NCBI GenBank assembly: GCA_028534125.1
Contig: CM052817.1
Location: 18,664,001 to 18,728,000, forward strand
Reading direction: 5' to 3'
From: Lama glama
Taxonomy: Eukaryota
DNA: 64,000 nt
A program made the position numbers and the translations under genes. Below the pieces are notes generated by a model. The model searched no databases. It was not told the origin of the DNA and saw nothing but the letters and a program-made list of their open reading frames with translations. Of this stretch, positions 12,761 to 26,824 are shown piece by piece; position 1 is the stretch's first letter, and each line of letters opens with the position of its first letter.

Positions 12761-15700
12761 TGTCCCTCAGGTGATGAAGACATCTGCTATTTTGGAAGGG
12801 AATAAATAAAATGCGCTCAACCACAGTCAAGATTTATAGACCCCACTTGATCCATCCTTTTCTTTCGGTGACATTCTGTGTTTCCCAGTTTTACTCTCCA
12901 CATAACTGACCATGATTATATAGAATAAGGAATATTTCTTTCTCTTTTGTGTCATTAGGAATTAGCTGTCTTCTCTTCTCTGATAGAAATATTATGAATT
13001 ATAAGGTATGAAACCATTCTTAAGACATTGAATAAGTCATAAAGATTGAGAAACACCTCATGCTTTTGTTCCCACCTTTATTGTAATTTATATAAATCAA
13101 ATATTGAGAATGCAACAGCTCAAGCCTTACACTACTGTGTTTTCCTCATGGCAGCCTATGCAGTTCACTACATTTCTTCCATATGAAAGTAGGTGTCACA
13201 GGGAAAGAGGCTATGAGTCTGTCTTATGTCTTCTCCCAGGCACACACACAAATATACACATACACACATATATAAAATCTCCCTCTTTCCATTTACATTA
13301 TATGTGTGTGCATGTCCAATAACTTTTTGTTACATGATATTGCTAACTTTTAACATTTCCTGTGATGCACATTATATCTTATTTTATTATCTGCAGATAT
13401 TATTTCACCATTTTCCTTAAAAATGATTTTAACAATGTAAGATTTTCCTATGTGTGTGCATTTTGCTGTATTTTTGCCTTTTCAATTTACTTTTTCCCTT
13501 TATTACATTTGTCAAAGTGAAGTTTCAGAGACCATAAAGTTCTATTACAATGGAGTAAAAATCAAATACAGTTCTTTGGAAATATCAAATATTGTTTACT
13601 TTTATTATTTCAGCTGTTAAAGTTGCCAGTACTTTTTTTATATTTGCCAATTTCATTTGATATTTGCTACTTCATGTAAAGTATGACTGATTTTTCCCAC
13701 TTATTTTCCAATTTACTTTTCCTTAAAAGTCAAAGTAAGCCTTGTATATCTTTTTCAAAAACCACACAGTGTGTGGTTAACTTTCTCCAAGCTGGAAGAT
13801 AGATATAGATAGTTTAGGCAAATGTCAGTTTGGTCATCATATTCTTGAGAAGCCAGTAAGGAGTGCTTTGTCTAATTATGGAGCAATTTTCCTTTTACAC
13901 ATGTAGAACTGTGTTGAAAAGCATGTAATACATGTTGGAAAACTGTGTTTCTAGCAAAGCAGTTGTAGTTGCATACAATTCACAGCTGCTTTCTAGTTAA
14001 TGCAGTTAGCAGATATGGAGAGTGTCTAGCGTGAGTCAGACTTTGTGTAGAGATTTCCTGAAGGATAAAATAACAATTCTAACTTGGAGTTTGTCTTCAG
14101 TGGTTTGTAGTCTAGAAGGGAAACAATAAAGGAAGTAAAATCTATACGTGGTATCTTGCCCAGTCTACCTCTTCCCATCAGCTGATCTCTTTCATTTGTT
14201 TCCCATTTTGTCTCTTCCTCTTGAAGAACAATATTCTGTATCATGTTATCATTTTGGCATCCACTACAAAACTTAACACCTGAAGGTAGTTAGGGGTTAT
14301 ATTTGATTATATTCAATAATATCTGCCACTCACTGAACACACAGTGCACATTTGTGGAGTCACTGATGGTGATGTTCAAAAGATATGTATATATTTATGA
14401 AGATTTTGATAATGTGCAATGGTATTTTGAATAATAGAAGAATCTGATTAACATTATTGGTATTCTGATAAGAAGAGAGAAGATGAAAGTATTTATTTTT
14501 TTCATTTGATAAACTGCATTTTTTCATTCATTAAGTAGCAATAAGTAATGCAAATCCATCTTCTCTATGGAAAATTTTCTCTAAGGATTCTCTTTCTCTT
14601 GTTCTCTCTCTTTACTTGCTGGTAACCTTTGAGATGGTTTAGTGGTCAGCTGGAGCCACCTGTACATTAAAATTTTTCTACTAGGCAACCATTATAAATA
14701 ATACATCACTACATAAAATGCCTATAAATACAGATTCCTCACTTTTTATGGTTTTTATGAAACAAATTTATGGGAATGAAGATCTCTTATTTAATCAAAT
14801 TTAATCTAATTTAACCAAAATAATTGTTTAGATGTACTAAGGACCATATATATTAATTAACAAATAGATCAGTTTATATCTGAGTTTTCCTTCTGGGACT
14901 GTGAAGGATTTTTGATGAATAGATATGTTTGTGAATAGACTCCATGGAAAAGTCTCTAGGTCTAAACAGTTGTTTTCCTATGTTAATGATCTTCAGATGG
15001 ATATTCAATGTGAAGAGGCAGCCAAATGACCTTCCATCATGATAGTAGCCATTTGACACTATTTTCAAAACAAAATGTCACCTCCCGTGGGAGGAAGAAA
15101 ACCAAAACTTCAGATGTCATAATTGTCAGGAGGGTCATAACACATTATTTAAAGATTAATAGATGTGCTGAAGATAAGGGAAATATGACCTTCATTATCT
15201 CACAAGGAATTCAATTTGCTGTCACATAAAATAATGCATGTCTATTGGGCAAATGGCTGGTTCAGTCTCCTTTATGTCACCTGCCAAGTACAATTTCCTT
15301 TAGCTAAGGATACTAAAGAGGTATTTTGAAAATTCCAATATAACTTAATCCATTTTAGATTAAATCATTCTTTATGATCAAATATCTAATATCACGGATT
15401 AATAATGAAGAACAAATTCAGAAACAGATACATTTTCCATCTCTCATTTTAGTTTCCAGTGATTTTTACTGATAATGTGAGCGCTTTTCCTTTTACAGAG
15501 GACTAACACAGTCCTTGTTTAATACTTTTTAAGTTTTAAAGAATGTATGATTGAATGTAAGCTACATTTTTTTCTCTAAAATGAAAAGCAATTAATTACT
15601 TTGTAAAAAGTGAAAAAAGTACTCTCACATTGAGCGCATCTATATAGAACTAGAATAGAACAATGGAAATTGAAAATAAAGAAGTTTGTAAAGACGTATT

Positions 15701-15791
15701 TTATTTGTTGAGAAGAATATTACAAGAAGAATTGAGGTAGTCACAATTCTTACCTACAAGCTGGTGCTGCAAAGGAGAACAGATGACGGGG

Positions 15792-15905
15792 CTGTGACCT
15801 TCTAGGTTGCCTGGGACAGTCCTAGTTTAAGGTTGTTTTATATGGTTATTAACAACACATCCTTCCAACTTCAAATTGTCTTGCTTTTGAGTGATACACT
15901 TTACT
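15792..15905. mobile_element. MER94-like hAT MITE remnant
   Basis: gtgaccttctaggttgcctgggacagtcctagttta resembles the MER94 5' end. Confidence 0.45.
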
Positions 15906-16334
15906 TAAAGCAGACAGAATCTAAACTGCTTTTAGAAAGATGAGTAAAAGTTAGATGATAGTTGGCAAAGTTTGGAAAAATGTACAAGAGGGAATTACAT
16001 ATTCCAAGACCTTCAAGAATGTGTATTTTTGAGGAATGAGAAGTGCAGTGTGAATGGAGTATAGCATTTGAGGGGTGTTTAGAATTGAGAATGGTCTAAA
16101 TGTGAAGTCGAGAGTCACTCCAATATCCTCTTCTTGTGGAAGTCTTTAGTTCTATTTTATTTTATTTTTTAAATGATTTGATTTGATTTGAAATGTAGAT
16201 TTGCCCCTGATCTTCTAGCATCATGGTCCTGATTGCTGAGCTGTTAGCCAAAAAGGGACATCTTGTAAAGACAGGTTTCCTGCCAGTTCTCCCTTCTTTG
16301 TCCGGGACCTGCGTGTAACCATGAAAATGCACCT

Positions 16335-16678
16335 TTCTATAGACTGAATGTTTGTGCCCCCCTCCCCAAATTTATATGTTGAAGTTTTAAATCCCAGTGT
16401 AATGGTGTTTGGAGGCAGAGGCCCATGATTGGTGGTCAGGTTATGAGAGTGGAGCCCTTGTGAATGAGATTAGTGCCTTTCCTAGAGAGAGCCCAGAGAG
16501 TTCCCTCCCCACCCCACCCCCCAGCATCTGAAAGTACAGCGAGAAGACAGCCATCTGTGAGCCAGGAAGTGGGCCCTCACCAAGCACCAAATCAGCAGGT
16601 ATCCTGATCTGGGACTTCCCTGCCTCTAGAACTATAAGAAATAAATATGTGTAACAGCAACCAGAGTGGACTAAGACA
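16335..16678 (+). mobile_element. MaLR solo LTR, MLT1A/MLT1A0
   Basis: gactgaatgtttgtg...ccaaatttatatgttgaa...gccaggaagtgggccctcacca...gactaagaca; perfect 5-bp TSD CACCT (16330-16334 / 16679-16683). Confidence 0.9.
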
Positions 16679-17031
16679 CACCTGAGGTGCAGTTTTTGAG
16701 TGTTTTTCCTTCAACACCTGTTTCCCTATTACTAATGAATTTATTCCTCCAGCAGACCTCACCAGAAGGCCAGATATCCTGTGGTCCACTGGCATGGTCT
16801 CCTGAGTATTTGAAATCCGCTTTTAGCAAGAATGTGTTTATGCTGGTTGCTCGGTGCCCTAGAGAGAACCTTGGAAATAGAAGAGAATGAGTTAGAAGTT
16901 ATATGGAATTTATGATTCTTTTGTTATTTTATGGATTTGGCACCTAGAAACTATGTTCAAGTGTCCTAATTCTCTCCATAAAAATAAACTTCTTTAAATA
17001 GGGTTGTGTTACAAGGAAATTTGAAATGGGG

Positions 17032-17190
17032 AGTCAGGAATTAAGGTTCCACTCTAGCTTCTTCCCGTAATTGGCCATGTGACCTTGTGTCAATCCTAAC
17101 CCTTTCTTAGCTGCAGGTTTCTCTTTTCCATGATAAGGGAGCTGAATACATAATGATTTAAGCCCTCTGGGCTCTAAATTTCTACAAGAT
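17032..17190 (+). mobile_element. MIR3/MIRc SINE
   Basis: gagtcaggaattaaggttcc...atgtgaccttg...gctctaaatttcta. Confidence 0.6.
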
Positions 17191-18534
17191 TTAAAAATGT
17201 CTTAAAATGTCCCTGTGCCCTGGGAAGAGCCTCAAGCACACACGCCTGCGTCTGGCCTGCTGAACCAAGCACAGGTCACTGCCTCGGGCCCTTGGGCCTG
17301 GACTTGGTGTGCTTCTCTGACAGCGCTCGTGATAAATCATGTGGAGGTCTCAAAGCTCAGGCGACAGTGCTGCACTGTACTGTAGATAAGAAATCTGTCC
17401 TGTTTAGCCTCACAAACTGATAACTGCTGCTTATGTGTTAAATTTATTGTTTGAGGCCAAATTCACACAAGGCAATCAGCACAAGTGACTTGAATTTGAG
17501 ACACTTACACGGAAAAATCTCGGCACCAAATAGTGAGGTAATAGCCACATCAGTATTAGGAGTCTAGTTCTTCAAGCATCTGTGATCGACAGAAATTGAA
17601 AAATGCTTATGAAATTATTTTTGTTCCTGAGAATACAATTAGCAAGAACGTTCTGAAAATTCCAAGACACTTAATAATTCCTTTTTTTGTATATTTTACG
17701 AAGTAGTACTGACGTGACCGAAGTGTAAACTTGGTGGTGGGCATATTTCCCATATAACTTGTTAACTCCTAACAGAGCACAAATATTTTAAAAAAGGAAA
17801 GACCAAGGGCAGACCTTTTATTTCCTGGCTGAACTGTTCAGAAAATGGAGTAGAAAGAAAATATTCTGTGTGGTACTGAACACTCTTCTTTGCTTCTTTT
17901 TAAAAACTCTAATCATGGAGATTTTGTTTTTTAACAGTTTTTGAGGTCTTGTTATAATCCAGGACTTTTATGAATGATTTCATTAAGAATATTTTCCAGG
18001 ATTTAAATCGAGGTCTCAAAAGACCTCTGTCTCCTGTAAATCACAATGCCTCGTCAATATATAAATAGGTAGTGGAGAAGAAATATTTTTTGTAGCAAAT
18101 TTAAATTTAATGTTAAAGAGTATCAGATAAAGGTATTGGCACATTTAACAAGTGGTTTAAATATTTGTTTCCTGAAATAATTAGATGTGTCTATATAACA
18201 TATGGAATCATTAGGCTAAAGATATTGATCTTAAAGAGCACAAGGTAAGGCTGAAAATTGAGAAGTGTAGCTAAAAGTCTTTGTCATAAGAAGTTCTGTT
18301 ATGTAATTCATGAACACTTCCCTCTCATTCCTGAAAGCAGGCTCTGTTTCCAAAGAGACTTTTACTTTTGGAAAATAGGCTTCTTTACTTTGCAGTTGCC
18401 CTGAAAAGTCAGTTCCAAAGTTCTGTTTCATATATTGCTTCACCTCTAATTGTTCTCTTAAAGTTTATTTGACAACTTATGGAATTTTTCTGTCATGTCA
18501 GGACATCGGAAATAAATATAACATGCCATATTCA

Positions 18535-18760
18535 TTCAATCAGTCATTCAACAAATACTAAATCCACACCAACCAGGTGACACTAGAGACCCTGTGCGTG
18601 GCACAGGGAATCCCTAGTTCCATCTAGCAGAGCCCATATACCGTGGAGCTCACGATGTAGTTTATACTTTTTCTGTCACCCATTCTTCATGTTTGCATGC
18701 CTGGTTTTTAGGATAGTGCTTGGCACATAGTATGCATCCAGTAATCACCTATTAAAACTG
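18535..18760. mobile_element. L2 3'-end fragments (both orientations)
   Basis: ttcattcaatcagtcattcaacaaatact; agtgcttggcacatagtatgcatcca. Confidence 0.55.
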
Positions 18761-19774
18761 AACCACACTGGCTGTTCTCTGGTGCCCAGGTTCAGCAAAA
18801 TAACAAAATGCTGAGGTTAAAAAGGACGTCATTGTTCACTTACCCAGATGCCCTAATTCTGTAGAAGAGAAAGCTGTCTACAGAATGAATAAACACAGAG
18901 AAACGTGTTATATCCAAGGTCACACAGATTTAGAGCAGAACTGGAGAAGGAGATTCATTCTTTTGTCCAGTGCTTCCTTACAATATGGTCTGCTTTCTAA
19001 AGATTAAGTGCAGCACAAAATTAGTAAAGATAAATATTTACTACTCAAGGTACCTTATGAACTCTATTTACTAAAAAGCTGATATAATAATGCTAGGCTT
19101 TCATATCATAAGATTTCATTTGATGCCTATAACAGGTGTAGTATTTGGTAGAAACTCAGTTATAATTCTGTAGGTGTCAACTCACATCTGTCACCATGTC
19201 TCAGCAAAATGACTGTCACTGGGTATTGATACAGAAATGAGTTTCACAACGAATCTCTTTATCAACAATAGAATAAATAACTCCCTCTGATGCCCTCTTT
19301 GAGAATGTAGCCTGGGGATATAGTCACATCTTGGGTCAAAATGAAGCATTTAGGGAAAAGAAGAGTATTATTTTCTTGAGGCAAGAGCAGAACACTCATG
19401 TTCTGAGGGAAATATATTTAACCAGTGAATTAGATAGAAAGATTGAAAAATAATAGTAAAAACTGTGCTCTTGGAAGTTTGCTGTTATGGCTACATATCT
19501 GTTTTATTTTGGTTTTTTTTTTGGTTTTAAGTGATCTTGCATCTCTTTTAATGCATTTCCATGTCCCTTTGGGTTAAGATTCCCTGTGAAGATTCCCTGT
19601 GACATTTCTGTGTTAGAATCTGACCCCAGGCATGGTTTGTTCTCACATAGCAAAAGCCATCCATGGGTTATTTCTGAGTGCAAATGGCTGGAGAAAGCTC
19701 TTTTCAATCTGTATGACAATGAAAAATCTAGTACACTGGATTTTCACAATATTAATAAACATAAAATTTCACAT

Positions 19775-20120
19775 TAAAGCTTTACTCTGTTCCAGATTTT
19801 ATGCTAAAAACTTACTGTCAATTTGTATATTTAATCCTCACAGCTCTGTAAAGTAGGTTATATTATCATCTGCATTGCACATGCAAGGAAAATTATGCTT
19901 AAAAAATCAGAACTCAAATACATTATTCACTTGGACAGCCAGCAATTTGCAGTAATAACTAACACTTATTGTATGAACTGTTTTACACGTTCAACCAAAA
20001 CGACTCTGTGGAGCAGGCTCCATTGTTATCTCAACCATATTAAACTGAGAAGTAATGCAACTTGCCTAATCTAACTGCTAGTAAGTAGAGCAGATCGGGT
20101 GTTGAGATTCTGACCCATGC
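19775..20120 (-). mobile_element. Two MIR fragments
   Basis: atttaatcctcacagctctgtaaagtaggttatattatcatc; aaactgagaagtaatgcaacttgcctaa...ctagtaagtagagcag. Confidence 0.6.
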
Positions 20121-23100
20121 AATCTACTATTGCACATTATTTCACTTGACATATGCAGATATTGACTGAATATGGTATTACCACAAAGAATGTGTGAAGT
20201 GCTACATAAAATTACCTCCAAGATAGTAAATAAAATATAAATTTAATGTATACAAAAACTTTATTATAAAGTATTAGTTTAGTTTTTGAATTTAAAATCT
20301 AGATTATAGATATAAAAAAGCAGTTAGTTGTAATTGTTATTCAAATTCTACGTTAATTTTCTTCAATCACTAGTATAGATTAGTATTTGCTTTTATAAAT
20401 TATGATCATTTCATTATCATTTTAGATTATGGAAAATATGATGTGACAATTTTAAACTTAAATTTGCTTTCAAATAAACTTTGTATTTTTTAATTAATAG
20501 TCATTTGATAGAAATATTACATAAGTGATACGTGACTTAGTAATCATCTCTATGTTTACATAAAAGACATCTCTAGATCCTTGACAGTCATCTATTTTCA
20601 AAAATCAGATATTCTGAGTTAGGACTCTAACAGCAAGCCCATATCCCTTTGTTTCAAGTGGGGAAAAATATATATATAATGCATTTAAGCATCCACTAAA
20701 GCCTCTAATCAACACCCTAAAATATAGCTAAAACACAAGAAACCAGTGCTTATATATGTAACAAACTGTTACCTTAAGATATAAAATTCTTAAAATGCTT
20801 TCTGATCACCAATTAATCATCTGTTAACTTTTTTCCTTACTTGTTTTGCTTCCTTCTTATAGTTTTCGTTTAGCACCTTCTCAACTTCTTAGGGACTTAT
20901 GAAACACCAGGCTAAAACAAGGGCTGTGTGAGAAAGGCCCTGCAGAAATACATTCAGAATGAGCGTGTGATGACTGGGGCTGTCTTCACTAATCATGAAA
21001 CTATGATGCCCAGACTCACTAACATCCAGGAGGCATATACTTTTTTAAGGCACTCAGTGATCTTTTAAAATGGCCAGATATAATTGTGTCTTTTGACCAA
21101 TAGTCTGTGGAATATAACTTGAGGATTTACCACAATCATTTTGTGATAAAATTGTGCTGAATTTGGTGAATAAAAATACAGACTGTCCTTATATAAACAT
21201 TAGCTGTATAACACATTGTTAAGATGTAGAAATTTGTCAGAAGACTGGGTTTTAAATACTAAAAGGCGTTCTACTAGGGAGATGTTTACTTGGAAGAAGT
21301 TCTCCAGAGCATGCCTGCATTTCATTTTGAAAATTATCTGGCAGATATTAACATATGTTTATGCAGAGTGTTTGTGTATCTATCCATCTAGCTGTTTGGC
21401 ATGAAATAGAACCAGAGAATGCAGCAGTCATACACTTGCTGTTGTGTTCTCTTAGCTTTTTGTCCCTGTAGAGAGATGTTTTCTCCATGCGCAGTAAATT
21501 CTGGAATTGCTTTGAGAGTTTTTCAGTTGTTCCACCACAGTTTGGAGCAAAACTGTTTGCCCTTGTATAAATTCAGATGAGGAAGATAATCTAAGATGGG
21601 CAATAAAATGGTGTGGGTAGTGTATTTCTGAGCCTAAAGATAAGAATGCCACATTTCCTCATGCTAATGAGGCCACAGCGTCCACGTTTTGAGGATTATG
21701 GATATTTAGAACTGAGGAATGATGTGTGGTAAAAGGTGGATTCAAGTGATTTATGTTTGTTTATATAATCTTTGCACTGTGCAGTCTCACAGCAAGGAAC
21801 TCATATACCCTTTAACATCAGCAAGGAAGCAAGGCCCATAGTAAAAATCGTTCAGTAATTACAATTGACCTTGCTTTCAAGGAGCCTAAGAAATATTATT
21901 GTACCATAAATGGAAAATATCATCACACTGACGCAAGTTTTACTTGCAGATTTGTCTGGTGCTCTAATCTAATCGAATTAACAGTGGGTGAGTGCTTAAT
22001 GCAAGCATGAACAGAGATGTGTCCTTTTTCCTCTTTCTACTGTGGGTCTTCAGTGAGGCAGAAACCCATGGCTGGCAGTATGGATTAATTGCTTGAGAAT
22101 CAATGTTTCTTCAGAATCATTCCTGGCTGTAAGTCTGCACATTAGACAGTTCTGATTATTTTTTCTTATTCTCAAAAGTTGGTATTAGTGAGCAGTGTTC
22201 ACTGTGAAATGGGATTGAAGTAGGGTATTGACTTGCTATTTATATATTTCTGAATTCTGTGTTACTTAACTGTTTTAAAATGTGTATATTAATTATATAT
22301 GTATATGCACATGTACATGCACACACACATGTGATACATGCATTTTTATTGACACCTTGGTGAAATCACATGGTTATCCCTGACTTTTTACATTTTTATA
22401 TCAGTTACTTGAACCTAATTGTGTTAGAAACATTTGCCAGTTACTATGCTTAAAAATTAACCAAAGGCAACTTAAACGCTCCATGAGCCTATAGAAACAT
22501 CTTAGGTTCACTAGGTGTGATTATATAGATAACTAGTTATTAAATTTAAATTTAGAAATGCTTCTGTGCATTTTCTTGTTTTCTCTAGAAGTATATTTCT
22601 GAATATTTCAAGCTGTTGCTCTTACAATTATTAGAAAATAATCTGCTTTTATCCTAATTATAACTTGTACTTCAAATCTCAGGTTTACAAATTTTGTGGA
22701 CTGAAGCAAGCTATTATTGCTAGCTCTACTCTATTCATAACTCACTGTTTGCTAAGGTTAAAGACAGTAGCCTCAACGATGTGATCTAGTGATCAACATA
22801 AGGAACTGTTGTAGACTTATACGTTCCATATTACCGTACGATCTGTGCTACTTGAAGAAATCACCAAAGTAGATGATTGGGGATTTGAGGTTTTAGAAAT
22901 AACATCAGGAAGCAAAGAGAAGTAGCTTATGTTAAAGAAGTCTTTTTGATGACAGTATATTATTCTAGTTTTGTAAAAGCCAAATTCTTAGGCATCTAAC
23001 TTTGAGTCAGTTTATCATTTTGGTAGCATTAAGTAGCATAATGGTTCTCAAATATGATCGTAAGCCACAACAGTGGGTTGAGAAGGACATAAGATATAAT

Positions 23101-24996
23101 TACAGTTAGGTTCCTGGGAATTTTATATAACTTGATGATAATCTTATGAGTGTAGTAGAGCCCCATAGTAAAAAGTAGTGAATGTGGGTCACACAGGTGA
23201 CTGTTATCCCTGAGGTGTATCACATGAGGGAAAGCAAGTTTGAGAAACACTTGTATAGAAGGAATGTCCCTTCTGTAAAGGCTCTTGTTTTTGTTTTTTT
23301 TCCATCCACCCATCCATCATACATATGCATTACAGAGTAGTTACCGTTTGCATGGATCATATCATAGTCCTAATTCTGCACTAAACTAACTGTGAGCTCC
23401 TTAAAGCCTCATAATCTCTCTGACCCTGTTTCCCCATCTGTGTAATGAGAGAATGCACTCAGATGATCAAGATTCTCTGGTTAGAAGGAACTTCACTTTC
23501 TGCATGATCCAATCAACTGCTTCAGCACTTTGAGAGCCTCCTTTATTTTCCTATTCTTGCTATTCTACATTAATTGTTGCCCTGAAAAAAAAAAAAAGCT
23601 GGGTTGACAGTTTTCACTGAAAAAATTAACCCCTGCACTTTACTGCCCATGGTATTTCTAGTCTTACTAAATGTGTGTTCTAAAAGAGTTTAAAAGAAAG
23701 TCATCCTTGGAAGTGTCGTAGACAACAAGATTGGAAAAGCAGGGAAAGCTCCCATATATCACGTTCCTGTGTTGATGCTAATAAACGAGCAGGATACATT
23801 CAAAGTAGTGAACAACCAGAAGCATAGGCTTTGGCCAGTCAGGATGGAAACCTAACCAGTTCAAGCACTATGGACCAGTGTGCTGTCCGGATGCCTAATG
23901 GACCAAGGACCAGCCCTAATTTCAAAAAATCTAATATTAATCTTTAAAAAATACAAAGGATGTAGATGATTATGTTTACAGTGTAGCTTTTATATCCTGC
24001 TGAACAGTTATATGCTGTTCTCAGTTTTCTGAAGTTATCTTCATATGTAGCCCTTACTGTTTTACACAACAATTTTTTGGTTGTGGGCATAACTTTACCC
24101 ATGGGTGCCTTCTCACAAGGTGCCAAAAAGAAAACTAAACAGAAAAACTGCCCCGAACTTTGCAAACATCATCAGTAGCAATTTGATGAGTTTTTGAAAT
24201 AGAACATACTACATAATGGATTGTATGCTCCCAGAATATTCCTTTTTTAATTGGATGCCAGCCTATACTAGAGAAATGACTAAAGCTTTAAGGCTTTGTG
24301 CTTCACTGTTAGTAAGTTAATAATTATTTAAAACATCTTAATAACATAGGATAGTTACTGTTCTCAGGTTCCAGAGAAAATGGGCACTAATATATTTTAC
24401 TATTAAGTGCTATGTTTTTAAACTTTATTATTTTTACCCTTTTTGTTTTAAGATGCCCTTTATGATGGCATTCATCAGATACATAGCCTTATTTCATGAT
24501 ATATAAAAATCAATATATAATTTAGAAATTGTCTTTTAATTTATTCATCAAACTCTTATGCATACTGAGAGCATATTACTACACATTGAGGGGAAGAGAA
24601 AAAGGATTTTTCCCTCTGCATTGATTCATATCTTCTCATTTCATAATGATATTCACCCTGTTAAGAAGCTAATTCACACGTAGAGAAATAAAGCTCATCA
24701 CGGTAGCCAAGACATAAGAGAAAAATCCTAATGAAGCTTGAATCAGAAGGTGTTTGAGGGTGAATGCTTAAAATGATTTGAAGTTTTAAAATATAAACTG
24801 CAGTTGATGCTACAATTTTCAAACATGCTAGTTTTTACAGGTTTTTCACACCGTGAGCAGTTTGAGCAAATGACCAATTCAGAGACTTAAAGTATTGAAT
24901 TCCTATTATGGGCAGTGAAGCTAAACCATGTATGTAGTGTGTCTCTGTACTTTTCCAGGGGTTATTTACTGGGTCATCTAGACCATGGGCTTTCAA

Positions 24997-25180
24997 AAGC
25001 CAGCGCTCAAGCTGGAGGCACGAGAATAACTTGGGTTATTTATTAAAAATCCTGAACCCCACTCAAAATTGAGTGTCTCAAAATCTTCCAGGGTAGGTTC
25101 TGGATATTAAAAATTTTAAGAAGGCCTCCAGGTAATGCTGTTCTAGGTGCATTGCAGCATGATTTTTAGAAAGTCTCTCA
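24997..25180. mobile_element. MER5-like hAT-Charlie MITE
   Basis: gaataacttgggttatttattaaaaat...ttttaagaaggcctccaggtaatgctg. Confidence 0.55.
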
Positions 25181-26137
25181 TGATGTATTTCAGCCTTGCT
25201 TTGATATTTGATAAGAGAAAAAGGGAGAGGCAGAGTGACAAAATTGCTTTCTCTTAATGGGTATACAGTGCATAGACACCATGCACAAAGCTTCCTGCCA
25301 AATGTGCTTCCCTCAGAGCTCTGTGCCATTACTCCTCCTAGCCATCGTTTGTTACCTTTTGGTGAACTCATTCTGTGATTTGAGGGGACATAGATGCCCC
25401 AAACTTGTGTGAATAATAGCTTTAGAAGTTTTTAGCTGTTTTTCTGTTTGTTGGAGGAGCAAAATTACTCAGACCCCTTGACTACTTTTTGCTTGACAGA
25501 ATGACACAATAAAGAAGATTGATATCAAAGTCTTTTAGATAATTGTGCAGGGAGAAGCTTCAGGAGTTATACATTAGCTCAACTATATTTGTCAACAGTT
25601 AAGTGGTCCACAAGAAGTCATTTAAAACAAATGACTCTAAATTTACTTCAACACCAATGTTGATAATAGCATTAAGCACTGGCTTAGCTTTAGCACCATG
25701 AATAGGCTTTAAATCTTACATAGTACATGACTGTTAATCACAGCAAAGAAATTTGGAGAAGAGATAAAGAGTAAAGGGTTCAATTTATTTTGACTCTAAT
25801 ATATGCAGACTCAGAGTCAGAGACCAAAATAATTTGTTATAAAAGAAAAACACAATCAAAAGTCTTCAATTCTGCTTTGTTGAACTCCTCACAAATGGCA
25901 AATCCATTTTTTCTGGAGATTCCATCTAAAAATTTGCCATTTTCTTTCTCCTATGCCTTAGCTTTGCAGACTAGTACCGTACATGAGGAATAAGTGGAAT
26001 TTAAACCGAGTTTTTGCACTCATGACTATCATTTTACTTTTTATCATTCCTGGAGTATAATTAGTAAAAAAGCAAAAAGATTTCACTTTCAACTAATTCT
26101 TTTCTGTCTCTTAAGTCTTTGGACTAGAACTAGACTT

Positions 26138-26588
26138 GGAGTACTACTCAGCCATAAGGAAGAATGTAATGCTGCCATTTGCAACAATATGGATGGACCT
26201 GGAGGGTATTATGCTTAGTGAAATAAATCAGAGAAAGACAAATACTTTATAATATCACTTATATGTGGGATCTAGAAAATAAATGAAGGAATATGACAAA
26301 ACAGAAACAGACTCACAGATGTAGAAAAAAAAAACCTAGTGATTACCAGTGGAGAGTGGGAAGGAGGAAGGGGCATGATAAATGCAGGGGATTAAGAGGT
26401 TCAGTGTACTATGTATAAAATAAATAAGCTACAGGATATATTGTATGGCACAGGGAATATAGCCAATATTTTATAATAACTATAAATGAAGTATAACCTA
26501 TAAAAATTTTAAATCACTATGTTTACACCTGAAACTAACGTAATATTGTAAATGACCTATACATCAATAAAAATAATCATTTAAAAAA
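26138..26588 (+). mobile_element. Cetartiodactyl-type L1 3' end (5'-truncated)
   Basis: tactactcagccataag...tggatggacctggagggtattatgcttagtgaaataa...cacagggaatatagccaatatttt...acacctgaaactaac...tcaataaaaat. Confidence 0.9.
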
Positions 26589-26824
26589 CTGTTTAAATTC
26601 AGTTAAATACATAAAGAAAAGCATGAAAGGAAGCTATCAAAATATTTTGGGATGTTATTTAGGGCTGACATTTTAGTTAATTTTTTTTCCTTCTTTCTAT
26701 ATACAAATATATTTTTGACTTTTAATACCATGAGCATAAATAATTATATATTTTAATTGTTGGAAACAGAGTATATTCTTTAGAATAAAATATATATGGG
26801 TCTTATGCTTACTAATGCTAAAGT

